Assembly: GCA_035221665.1 (NCBI GenBank)
Contig: CM069148.1
Span: 40,052,001-40,116,000 of the forward strand
From: Okamejei kenojei
Lineage: Eukaryota
Direction of reading: 5' to 3'
DNA: 64,000 nt
Under the pieces are notes generated by a model that made no database searches, was not told the DNA's origin, and was given only the letters and a program-made list of their open reading frames with translations. Below are positions 40,786-52,145 of this stretch, piece by piece (the first letter of the stretch is position 1; every line of letters starts with the position of its first letter). The position numbers and the translations under genes are program-made.

Positions 40786-40940
40786 ATCTACAGAGCTGGG
40801 ACTGGATGCAGACTGTGTTGGAGCAGCAAAACTGAGCAAATTCTCTGTTTTTTCGAAATCTGGGGAGGCGGGATGACTTGGAGGGGAGGAAGGTGCCATT
40901 GCCCCCAGACCCAACACGTTAGTGTACTTAGGAGGGCGAC
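40786..40940 (-). CDS. PHF21A: PHF21A canonical AT-hook exon
   Basis: gtgTAG|...|GTaagt, phase 1-0. Encodes (G)RPPKYTNVLGLGAMAPSSPPSHPASPDFEKTENLLSFAAPTQSASSPSSVD and completes the RRRGRPPK AT-hook. Confidence 0.93.
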
Positions 40941-40984
40941 CTACACATAAGAAACAAAAACACAAAATATAGACAAACACATAC

Positions 40985-41007
40985 CTTCAACCACTGATCC
41001 TCATTGG
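40985..41007 (-). CDS. PHF21A: PHF21A neuron-type mutually exclusive microexon (23 nt)
   Basis: cctttctctttcctcaatggCAG|ccaatgaggatcagtggttgaag|GTatgt, phase 1-0. Encodes (A)NEDQWLK, versus ANEEHWPK recalled for the mammalian neuronal isoform. Confidence 0.88.
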
Positions 41008-41572
41008 CTGCCATTGAGGAAAGAGAAAGGAGGAGCATAGACAGTGTTAATAAACAATCATAAGTTAAAATGTCAGTGTTAATAAACAATCATGTTAAAA
41101 GGTATAAAAATTAAGTATTTTTAATTTCCAAATACACCACTTAAAATTTGAATGTTAAGTGAGCAATCAAGAGTTGTAGATCAACTATCTGAATGTCCTC
41201 AAAATCAAACCAGGATCTGTTTTAAAAGTCTTTTAGTAAGATTACCCTACCATAAGTTGGTATACCTATACATTTGCAGCACAGCAGCTGTTACAATCCT
41301 AATTTTACTACATCTTATATTTGATAAATTTAAAATAATTCATGTCAGTTTAAAAAAAAGTAAAAGCCACCACAAATAGCTTTTTAGAAAAAAACTCCCT
41401 CAAAAAATTATATTGAGGAAGATTGGCCTTAATAAAGCAAGAACACATATATTTGATACCACTCCACAATAGTGAACATGGAGGAATCATCGGTATTCAG
41501 TCATTTATTGACAAGCTTGAGTTAATCATCCTTTTTCATATGTACCACATTCGTCAATTTTTATTAGAATTT

Positions 41573-41960
41573 GGGGCAACACAGTGGCACAACGGTAGAG
41601 TTGTTGGATGATCAGCCATGGTCATATTGAATGGCCGTGCAGGCTCGAAGGGCTGAATGGCCTACTCCTGCACCTATTTTCTATGTTTCAGCACCAGAGA
41701 CCTTGGTTCAATCCTGACTATGGATGCTGTCTGTACGGAGTTTGTACGTTCTCCCTGTGACCGTGTGGGTTTTTTCCGATTGCTCTGGTTTACTCCCACA
41801 CTCCAAAGGCATACAGGTTTGTACGCTAATTGGCTTTGGTAAAATTGTAAATTGTCCCTAGTGTGTAGGATAGTGCTAGTGTATGGGATGATCACTGGTC
41901 GTTTGGACTAAGTGGGCCGAAGGGTCTGTTTCCAAGCTGTATCTCTAAAGTCTTAAGTCA
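41573..41960 (+). mobile_element. V-SINE (HE1-like) interrupted by a CR1 3' tail at ~41603-41689
   Basis: A box acagtggcacaacggtagag, B box ggttcaatcc, V-domain-like ggagtttgtacgttctccctgtgaccg. The insert matches the CR1 3' end at 50850-50935. Confidence 0.8.
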
Positions 41961-42579
41961 TTGGCTTGTTACCAATATTTGTGAAACTAGATGCTGAATA
42001 CAAGTGATTTTCAGAAGAGAATTTATAGTGTTATTAAACTTTAGAGAATTTAAACTTGTCTAAAGCGTTATTTATCATTTTTATCCCAGTAACAAATTTG
42101 AAATGGGATGAATGTAAGAATTTGTGCAGAATTACTGCATTAACATGACTTTCATTTTTCAAACAAACTTAATTAGAACAATCACTAATAAATTTCTTCC
42201 ACATCAACATTCATGAATGTTTCCACAGCTCTTATCAACTATGACTAAAACGTTAATTCAGCTTAAATTTCAGCAGTTTGAAAAAAATATTGTAAAACTA
42301 AAGGCAATACAAAATGTTGTGACTTTTTTGCTGCCATTTTTATGTAATTAATATTATAGATAAAAACAATAGAGCCACATGATAGATAAAATTATGGTTA
42401 AACACTGAAGATAGCAATTCAGCTCAATAAGGGTTATCACTGAAAAAAGATGTTCTAATATATTGTGCTCCTATATTGTAGGAAATATGCAGATGTGTGA
42501 ATGTTTTGTATTGTTTTGTATAATTTATTATCACTTGTTTGTTTAGTGGTAAGAATAGAAAAAATCTAAAAAATGCAGG

Positions 42580-43290
42580 TGTATGAAGGAACTACAGATA
42601 CTGGTTTAATTCGTAGACACAAAATGCTGGAGTAACTCAGCAGATCAGATAGCATCTCTGGAGAAAAGGAATAGGTGACGTTTCGGGTCGAGACCCTTCT
42701 TCCGACTGAGAGTTGTGAATTTGTGGAATTCTCTGCCTCAGAAGGCAGTGGAGGCCGATTCACTGAATGCATTCAAAGGAGAGTTAGACAGAGCTCATAG
42801 GGCTAGTGGAATCAAGGGGCATGGGGAGAAGGCAGGAACGTGGTACTGATTGTGGATGATCAGCCATGATCACATTGAATGGCGGTGCTGGCTCGAAGGG
42901 CCGAATGACCTATTCCTGCACCTATTGTCCATGTATCTATGAAAGGGAAACGAGAGATATAGATGGTGATGTAGAGATAGAGAACAAATGAATGAAAGAT
43001 ATGCAAAAAAAGTAACAATGATAAATAAAACCAGGCCATTGTTAGCTGTGTACTAGGTAAGAACGGGAACAATGAGACTCAATAAGACAACTTTGAAGCT
43101 GGTACCACTGGGTGGGGAAGGGTCAGGGAGAGAGAGGGGTGCAAGGGTGACTTGAAGTTAGAGAAATCAATATCAACCACTGGGTTGTAAGTTGCCCAAG
43201 CGATATATGAGACGCTGTTCCTCCAATTTGCCTATGGCCTCACTCTGACATTGGAGAAGACCTCGGACAGAAAGGTCAGTGTGGGAATGA
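42580..43290 (-). mobile_element. Penelope-like element 3' region (pLTR with hammerhead motif and endonuclease C-terminus), split by a CR1 3' fragment at ~42711-42940
   Basis: gacgtttcgggtcgagacccttcttc at 42677-42702. Minus-strand QSEAIGKLEEQRLIYRLGNLQPSG...IDFSNFK at ~43150-43250 resembles a PLE GIY-YIG C-terminus. Confidence 0.75.
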
Positions 43291-46200
43291 AAAGGGGAAC
43301 AAAAGTATTAAAATGCCGATGTTGGAAATCTGAAAAAACCCTGAAAATACTGCAAAGATTGCGTAAGTCAGTCATCAACTGTGGAAAGAGTGAACATTTC
43401 AGGTCAAAGACCTTTTGCCAGAACTAGAGAAGAGAAATAAAACATGTAGCAAAACAGATGGGGGCTTAATACATTGAATAAAAGGAATATCTTTGATTGT
43501 GTGAGGCCAGGAAACCCCCTGGGTTTTGAGGTCCAATGGATACACAAAAAATTGCAGATACTTGAGAAACGTAACAGCATCTGTGGATGCGAAGGACAAA
43601 CAAAATTTCAGGTTGTCACCCGTCATCAGTCTAATTGGAGTAAGGGGAAGAAATATGGAAAAGAGAGCTGGGGGGTGACTTAAAGCCTGGCAAGTGATAG
43701 GCAGATACAGGTGAGAGATGTGTTCCATTTCCTTCGGTTACACGGGAAAGTACCTGGGGAGCGGTCGGTACGGATTAGCAAACCAAGGAGTTGCCTAGAT
43801 AATGGTATCCACCATAAGTGGAAAGGGATCAGGGCGGGAAGATGTGACTGGTGGTGGGATCCCGTTGAAGATGGCAGAAATGTCAGAAAATGATGGGTGA
43901 AGGTGAGCTGGAGGGAAACTCTCTATTTGTTCCATCTGTGGGAGAAATAGTTACAGCAGAACTGTAGGATACAGAGGAGATGCAGGTGAGGATTCCATTC
44001 ACAACAACAAGGAGGAAACTGTTCAATGAAGAAAGAGGACATTTCAGATGTGCTAGAGTGAAAAGCCTGCTCTTGGGGGCAGGTGTGGTGGAGACAGAGA
44101 GATTGAGAGGGATGGTCTCCTTGCAAGAGGCAGGGTGGGAGCAGGTGCAGTAAGGTAACTAAGGGCTAAGTGGCTTTGTAGTAGGAATCAATCAATAGTC
44201 TGTCCCCTGAAATAAAGACAGAGTGTTTGAGAAATGGTGAATGGGGTATCAGAAATAGTCCAAATGAATTTGAGGGCAGAGTAGAGGTTGGTAGTAAAGT
44301 TCATGAAATCACTGATTGTGCTCGGGTCCAGGAAGTAGCCCCAATTGTGGAAGTAGCAGAGAAAGATCTGGGGAATTGTGTCGGGATACATTCGAAATAA
44401 GGAGTGTTATACCTAACCAACAAAAAGAGAGGCATACCTGGGGCCAACAACATTGCCCATGGCTACACATTTAACATGATTAAAGTGATAAGGGTCAAAA
44501 AAGTTGTTAAGGGTGATTCTGCCAGGCGGAAGAGACTGTTAGTTTAGGGGTTCTGATTGGGTTGTTGTTCAAGGAAGAAACAGGAGCCCAAGGCCTTCCT
44601 GATGAGGAATGGTCCTTTGTCCCCTATTCATCTCTACCCATCTTTCAATTAGCCCTCCCCCTACCTGTACTCACATATTATTTTGCCAAGCTTTGTCCCA
44701 ACCCCACCTCCCTTTACCAGCTTTCATCCCGCTACCCCAGTCTGTAAAGGAATCCCAGCCAGAAATGTTGCCCTTCCGTTCCCTCCACAGTTGTTGCCTG
44801 ATCTGCTTAGTTCCTCCAGCACTTAATTTTACTGCTCGAGTTGTACAGGTCAAGTCATCACAGGGGGCGGTTAGAGAGAAAAAAATAGTATAAAATCTGT
44901 GAGAGTTGGACTTTTGTAGAAGGAAAATACAAACAAAAGATCATAAAAAGGTGTAAATGTAGGGCTATTGGACACGCCTAGCAGGTCAGGCTGTGCTAAT
45001 GGAGAGTCAAAAACGAAGCCGATATAAATCGTAGACTTACAGCCAAAAATAGACAATTCTGATCAAGACAGAGAGTTACCCAAATATAGAATTCAGTTTC
45101 AATGCCTGCAATGTGCCGATGGAAAATGAGGTTGTGTTCTTCAAGCTTGTGTTAGGCCTGGTACATAGACAGATCAGAATGGGAGAGGGATGGAGAGTTA
45201 AATTTGCTGATTGCAGGGAGCTGTGCATCACCTCTACACACTGAATGCAGGTGATCTACAAAATTGTCCCAAATTGACATTTGGTTTCGACGACACAGAG
45301 ACAACATTGCAAACTCCAAATTTTAACTCTAGTTCAGAAGAGATGCAATTGAAGTTCACTGGCTTCACTTTGAAAGACTGTTATGCTGGATGGCAGGAAG
45401 GAAAGAGTAAAAAGGATGTCTGTAGTTGCATGGAACAGTGCCATAAGATGAATGGCTGTTGTGGATAGAAGAGCAGACCAGAGAAATACAAAAGGAATAG
45501 TCCCTTCAAAATGTTGAAAGGGGAGGTGGAGGAGATGTTTGCCATTGACATTCTGCTGAAGCTGGCAGATATTACAAAGGATGATCTGTTGAATACAGAG
45601 GCTGGTGAGGTAAAAGGACAGGACCAAGGGAACTATTTCATTGCTCTGTCTAGGAGGGGAGGCAGTGAGAGCAGGGATGCATGGAATAGTTGATATACTG
45701 TCAAGGGTGGAAGGGAGCCATTGTTCAGGAAGGACGAGGATATCTTAGGGGCAGCAATTGTCTCGGTGGATGATCTTTTCATTGGAGAAAATGGAATGGA
45801 AGTGGAGGAACTGGGAAAAAGGAGTAGAGTTAGGGTGGAAGGAACTACAGTTGAGATAGTATGGGAGTGTATGGACTTTCAATGAGTGTTTGTTGCAAGC
45901 CTATCTCCTGAGAAAGAGACAGAGATCAAGTATGGGGAAGAGAAGAGACAGAGATGGAACATGTGAAGATGAATGCACGGTAGAAATTGACAGCAAAAGT
46001 AATTACATTTTAGTGTTCTGCTTGAGTGTAGGAAGCAGCATTAATGCAGTTATTGATATATCAGAACAAGTTGAGGGACCCAAGGAGGTCGGAATGAAAA
46101 TCTGTTCCACAGCATGGGCCCAAATAGATTGGTTGGGTCTCTGGTCAAGGAATAAATGAAGGGGCCTCAGACCATCCTTGAGTCAGATGGAGATTCTGAG

Positions 46201-46330
46201 GGGTTACACATTAATGGTAAAGATATACTGGGTGAGAATTTGAAACTACCAACATGGCAGAGGATGTCAGAGGTGCCACAGATATAGGTGGGAAGCGACT
46301 GCATCAATAGAGAAAGGATGGATTAAAAGT
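43291..46330 (-). mobile_element. Degraded Penelope-like element bodies (several fragments)
   Basis: Minus-strand RT relics: VAMG..GPRYASLFVG (~44417-44468) and IPQIFLCYFHN...FMNFTTNLYSALKFIWTISD (44188-44391). Degenerate pLTR motifs at 43540-43630 and 44735-44825. Confidence 0.65.
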
Positions 46331-47588
46331 AGGATGTACCCCATTCTCAAACATGGAAGGAACTCCATTATTTCCAATTAAAAATCGTTCAAATCCACTT
46401 GATATTTAAAAGTCTCCGGAAATCAGAGATATTTAAGAACAGAAAATATGCTTTTGACATTAATGAACTATCAAAATATGTCAAGGGAGGGCCTCATGTA
46501 CTCAGGCAAGTGCAACTGTGTGATCAGTGTGAAGGCAGGTCAGATTGACCACAATCCAGTCCATTTGTTATTCATAAACAGGATTTCCATTTTTTGAAGT
46601 ATTGAGAAGATGAAAAGGGGAACAAAAGTATTAAAATGCCGATGTTGGAAATCTGAAAAAACCCTGAAAATACTGCAAAGATTGCGTAAGTCAGTCATCA
46701 ACTGTGGAAAGAGTGAACATTTCAGGTCAAAGACCTTTTGCCAGAACATCATAAAAGTACAAACATTTCCAAAGAAGTATCAACAATCTTTAAAATCATA
46801 ATCATGATGTCTTAAAGCTCGTTACACAGACCACGTTGTAAAAGGCCTAATCTGTAATTGCAGCACTAATTAATGTATTTTAGTATTTGCATGCTATTAT
46901 TGAACATATTTTACAAATGCACCAGACATAAAGACCTTTTGAAAGGTTAAACATTGTTCAGTAATGACAAAAATCTGTAGAACTGTCACGCCAGCAACTT
47001 TTAAAATCAATCCAGTCAGTCTGCTGTACGGAAAAAGGTATTTGTAATTTGTTTTGACCCAAACATAATCTACTTATCAAAAGCATTATGTTCAGTAAAT
47101 AAAAGTTTTGATCAAGAAAGGTGCTGTTATCAAAAAGGAAAAATTCTCAGGTCTTAGTTGGGCCTTATATATGGGGATTCCCAAACTGGTCATTAATTGA
47201 TGCCCAAGAGTATCCATATGTCTTTCTTCTCTTTGGATGCGTGCCTACCCTTGTGCTTACATTATTGATATCATATAAAATAGAGTAGTTGAAGTAAATA
47301 ATATGGGAAATTTTCTGCCTTAAATAAGTCTTTAAAAAATATAGGCAATCTAGAAAGATTGCGTACTTCTTGAACAAATTCTTGTCAATATTTCTTTGAG
47401 TCAAATATAATATCATTTTGTGAATTTTATTGCATTAGATGTGCTTTCAAAGTCAAGGCTTTATTATCTCAAATGTAGCTGTAACATCCCTGATAGTTAT
47501 TTATATCAATAAAGTCAAACAAATGGAAATGAAAGGCAAAGTGAATAATGGAGCCTCCAAATATTCACTTTTTTAAAATCCAAAGTAC

Positions 47589-47649
47589 CTCTTCTCCGTG
47601 TCCCAGGTTGCACAGGGCTGTTCAAGTAAGTTACTGCTGTTTTTTTGCG
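47589..47649 (-). CDS. PHF21A: PHF21A exon preceding the AT-hook/microexon pair
   Basis: aataCAG|...|GTac, phase 0-1. Encodes RKKTAVTYLNSPVQPGTRRR. Confidence 0.92.
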
Positions 47650-48270
47650 CTGTATTACAAAACAAAACATACAGAATATAAATCTTAGTAGCGAAGGATG
47701 AAATAACATTTTATGGGATGCAGGTTCTTCCTGCATCCCATATATAATTTGAATCCTTACAAATAATTACAATGATTGAATATTATAAATATACTATCAA
47801 TATATATATAATATATATATAACATATAGAATATACATATATATAGCGATAGTATATTTACAATATTGAATAATTGTAATTATTTGTAAGGATTGAAATG
47901 AGTGATTTAGATATTTAATATGTGGCCTTGTCTTTTCATGCAGAAATTACAGTTGATATGTATTCCCTTTTAATCCTATGAGTGTTAAACAAGTTTGCAT
48001 TTTTATTATTTGCTAAAAATTTAAAAAATATTTTCTTGATAAGCAGGATTAATGATATTCTGAGTGGAAGTCCTGTTAAAATTTAACTACCGCATTTCCC
48101 GGCAATGAAGACGCTATTTTTTACCCAATAATAAGGCACGAAAATTTACCTACGTCTTGGAGGCCGAAGATTAGGTTGTTAGCCAAGAAAGATAGACTTG
48201 GCTATCCCTCAGTGCGGCAACATCAAGAACGATCCTAACGAATCATAGCAAAAGGATTTGAGTAGAAGAG

Positions 48271-50324
48271 CAGAGATGCCAACCCTAAATTTTGTTCACA
48301 GTAACATTCAACCCATTTGTCAGTAACAAATGGGGGTAAATGCATTTCTCTCAGTAACATGTTGCGGCACCAGAAATATGCATGGCAACGACCCAAAATC
48401 TGCAACGCGCGTTGAATCCAACCTTCCTTTTTTCAACTAGTACTATATACAAACTCATTAAACACACATAAACATCCTTTAGTATACACAGTATCACTTA
48501 AAAGATGTACTTATATATATTTTGATGAGTCTTGAATGCTTTAGCCTTCAGGCACAGCTAACAATAACATTGTCACTGCCGAAAGCTATGCAATCACTCC
48601 AAGACAGGGCTCTCTTTTGCATCTCGTTATGGAGAACTTGGAATATCCCTTCTCCTGTTGCATCAGTATTGCAGTTGGGGACGGACAGAAGTGAAACTGC
48701 AATCTCTTTGGCCTCCTCATCAAAGTGACGAACAACAATGGGGTACATCTTGGATTTATCAGTGCTGCCATCAGTGCTGAGGCTAAATGGGCGTTTGTCC
48801 ATTGAATGGCAGAGTTTTTTCTGTATTTCTTTCGAAAGTTCTCCGGTGATAGCAGTAGTCTTTGTTCTGGCACTTTGGTAGTTCTTTGCTATTGCAGAAT
48901 CGGGGAACATTTGCCTGAACAATGTTGTGTTCCAAAAGGAAATGAGTGAAGAGAGTTTCAGCTCTTGTAACTTCTTGTTCACTAGAACTTGAAGATGTTG
49001 TTGGTTTGAAAAACGAATCAATCCTTTTTGATTTCAACTTACTGTATTCTTGATGCTTTTTTGAGTTGACGTGTCGTCGACAGTCATCTCTACCACCATG
49101 TCCGACTGTAAAATCCAACCGGCAATCTGAACAGAAAGCATAGTTTTCTCCAAGTCTACTCTGTTGTATAACAGGCCACGTCTGAGAATATTCTGGTTTG
49201 TACTTTTGCATTCGCTTAGTAATTTTGCGGGGAATGCCTGATGACTCTGTCTCCATCTCACTCTCAGTCTCAGCAGGTCTCTTGTTGTGAGATTCCATCA
49301 TGTCCAAATTGTCCAAAAATCAAACAATGTAAACTCAATTGTCTAAATGACAATGCCAATGCCAATGCCACGATGATGAGAAATAGCCGTTAAGGTCCAA
49401 ATCCCACTTAATTTCTTTTCTCCCTGCAGGTTCCTTGTGAGAATCCATGACCAAATTCTCCAAAAGTCACAGTTTCCAAACAATGTCAACTCGATTCGAT
49501 GACCATGAGGCATGACAATGCAATGACAATCATTGCAATGACACGTCCCCAATGGTAATGCAATGCCCACCGTGAAGGCGTGATGAGATTGAGAAATTCC
49601 CGTGACAAATCTAAGTTTTTCCACTGTTTGAAGAATATCCATCCAAGAAATGATGAAGGTTTGAAACAAAACCAGGCTTAATTGCAGAAACACAGCACAT
49701 AAAATCACGTCCCGATAACACTTGTCACTGAGCTTTATTTCCAATTCCAGTAATTTCTCCGCGATCCGCTACTAACTATGCATAACGTTTCGTATAGATA
49801 TAGTGCAGTCACTGCAGTGCATCGCATGTGTATGTATACGGCATGCATAGTTAGCTAGCGCTGGGGATCGGAATACCACATACATGTACTGTAGTGTACG
49901 GCTATAATCCAGGCCACCAGCGGAGTGCATTGTCACTAAACAAGGATTCAGCGAGAATTGTGCACGTGCGTGCATAGCAATATGCGCCGCCATGCGAGTC
50001 CTTGGTTTTACACATTCAAGCATGTGAGTCTGCTCGCAATGATTTTTCAGTCACAAATAGCCAAAAATACGCGGCGCTGCACCTTGGCCGTGTGCAATGG
50101 CATACGGACGTTTGTGCGTTGCAACCTGAAGACAATTATCGCGGCTTTTAAACAGCAACGATCCCGCCCAATTACTCCGGGAGCGGACAACGCATTTGCT
50201 TGTTGTTTTTTTTTATTGTTTTGATTATTTTTCTCCGTAACAACATGTTTGGCTGCCGGAACACCGTAATAAGGTTATTTCGCCGGGACAAAATACGGCG
50301 AATCCGGGACACTTGGCATCTCTG
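48271..50324 (-). mobile_element. Internally deleted hAT-superfamily transposon with 6-bp TSD
   Basis: 12-bp TIRs cagagatgccaa / ttggcatctctg, with GAAGAG on both flanks. Confidence 0.85.
48548..49316 (-). pseudogene. Truncated, frameshifted hAT transposase
   Basis: BED-like finger AFCSDCRLDFTVGHGGRDDCRRHVNSKKH, a frameshift near 48920, then MFPDSAIAK...RTKT...FSLSTDGSTD...FGSDN (first two catalytic Asp). The C-terminal half is missing. Confidence 0.85.
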
Positions 50325-52145
50325 GAAGAGCAGGGAGGTTCTACTGCAGTTGTACAGGGTCTTGGTGAGGCCACACCTGGAGTATTGCGTACAGTTTTGG
50401 TCTCCTAATCTGAGGAAAGACATTCTTGCCATAGAGGGAGTACAGAGAAGGTTCACCAGACTGATTCCTGGGATGGCAGGACTTCCATATGAAGAAAGAC
50501 TGGATAGACTCTTTCTCTGTGACCCCTTGTTCTGGAGTTTACGAGATTGAGGGGGGATCTTATAGAAACTTACAAAATTCTTAAGGGGTTGGACAGGCTA
50601 GATGCAGGAAGATTGTTCCCGATGTTGGGGAACTCTAGAACAAGGGGTCACAGTTTAAAGATAAGGGGGAAGTCTTTTTGGACCGAGATGAGAAGATCAT
50701 TTTTCACACAGAGAGTGATGAGTCTGTGGAATTCTCTGCCACAGTAGGTAGTTGAGGCCAGTTCATTGGCTATATTTAAGAGGGAGTTAGATGTGGCCCT
50801 TGTGGCTAAAGGGATCAGGGGGTATGGAGAGAAGGCAGGTACAGGATACTGAGTTGGATGATCAGCCATGATCATATTGAATAGCGGTGCAGGCTCGAAA
50901 GGCCGAATGGCCTATTCCTGCACCTATTTTCTATGATTCTAAGTCTATCCCTCATTGCAGGCAGCTGAGGGGAAGCGGCTGTAAAATGACAGCGCCGCTG
51001 GGGGGGCGAAAGAGTTCCTTTTACAGCATGTGGGGAGTCTGGCCCGGGTCAGCAGGAACATTGAGAAGGAGTGGGTCGGGGATCATACCAGCAAATCACT
51101 CACTCAGTGCTGCCACGGCTCTCAGGACACGGATCCACTACATTGTGGCCGGGGAGGGAAGTAGCTTGGGAATGGACAACAGAATTGGCCGCCACCTCTG
51201 CGCCTTCTGCCGGCCCGCTCACCTCTGGCATTGCTCTCCGTCTGAACACCTCTCTCCTGCCACTCGCCGGCCTCGCTCATGTCAGCCGCTTCCCGCAAAT
51301 CCTTAAATTCCGACTGCGGGCGGGAGCAGGACATGGCCTCATTTGCTGCGCTGGGTGACACTGCGTGGCATTCACTGCCCCGGTCCATGTCTTTCAAGAG
51401 CAAAGATCATAGAGCGGAGCGGGTCAGCTCACAACTGATTCAACGTCCTGGTGTGCTCCCGTTTTTTCCACCATCTCTCCACCTGCCGTCACCCTCCACC
51501 CCCCACCCATTCAGTCATTCAGAATGGAGGCGATCTGGAAGCCTTGGGCAAATTGAATTGTCACTTTCTTTATTTCTATCTATTTGTTTATTTATTTATT
51601 TAGAGCGTGAGAAATTCTATGTCCCGCCAGCCTTTTTTCAAAATTTAACAACTCAAAATGGGGAATGCGTCTTCGACACAGGTGCGTCTTCATTGCGGGG
51701 AAATACGGTAGCCTGTAAGATTAGATTGCACAGACGATCTTTTCTTCTTCTGATAATGAAAGTACTGAAGTGACCTCTACAAACCTATGCCAAATTGATG
51801 AACTCTCAAAACAGCTGAAAATAATTAAAAACATATATTGGAGTGAAGGGCATGGGGATAGATGCAACACGAGAAGATTTAACCATTCCTAACAGAATGT
51901 TTCCTGAATTGGTAACAACTTGGATAAATAGTATTGTTTTCTTTGGCTGTTTTTAGAAATTAAAGGCATTTTAATGTCTTTAATAACATAATTGGCTTCT
52001 ATCCACCAATTACAGATTAATGGAGACACAATCACTGATAAAGGCTGAGAACGGGAATTTCTATGGCTAGGCTAATTACTTTTCCCAGATCAATGTAAAG
52101 TTGATTAATGTTCATTAATAAAGAATTATTTAAGAATAATAATTA

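Larger units (their letters stand above)
48220..50944 (+). mobile_element. 5'-truncated CR1 LINE split by a hAT element
   Basis: IAKGFE (48244-48261) continues after 50324 as KSREVLLQLYRVLVRPHLEYCVQFWSP...RGDLIETYKIL and the 3' tail. Approximately 18-bp TSD ctatccctca(g/t)tgc(a)ggca at 48202-48219 and 50945-50963. Confidence 0.85.
48090..51708. mobile_element. pogo/Tc-mariner-superfamily non-autonomous element (copy 1), host of nested CR1 and hAT
   Basis: TA|ccgcatttcccggcaatgaagacgc ... gcgtcttcattgcggggaaatacgg|TA. Confidence 0.8.

Noticed and set aside
50887-51773. Cluster of 90-160 aa ORFs
   Set aside because: They fall in the GC-rich interior of a MITE and show no domain motifs.
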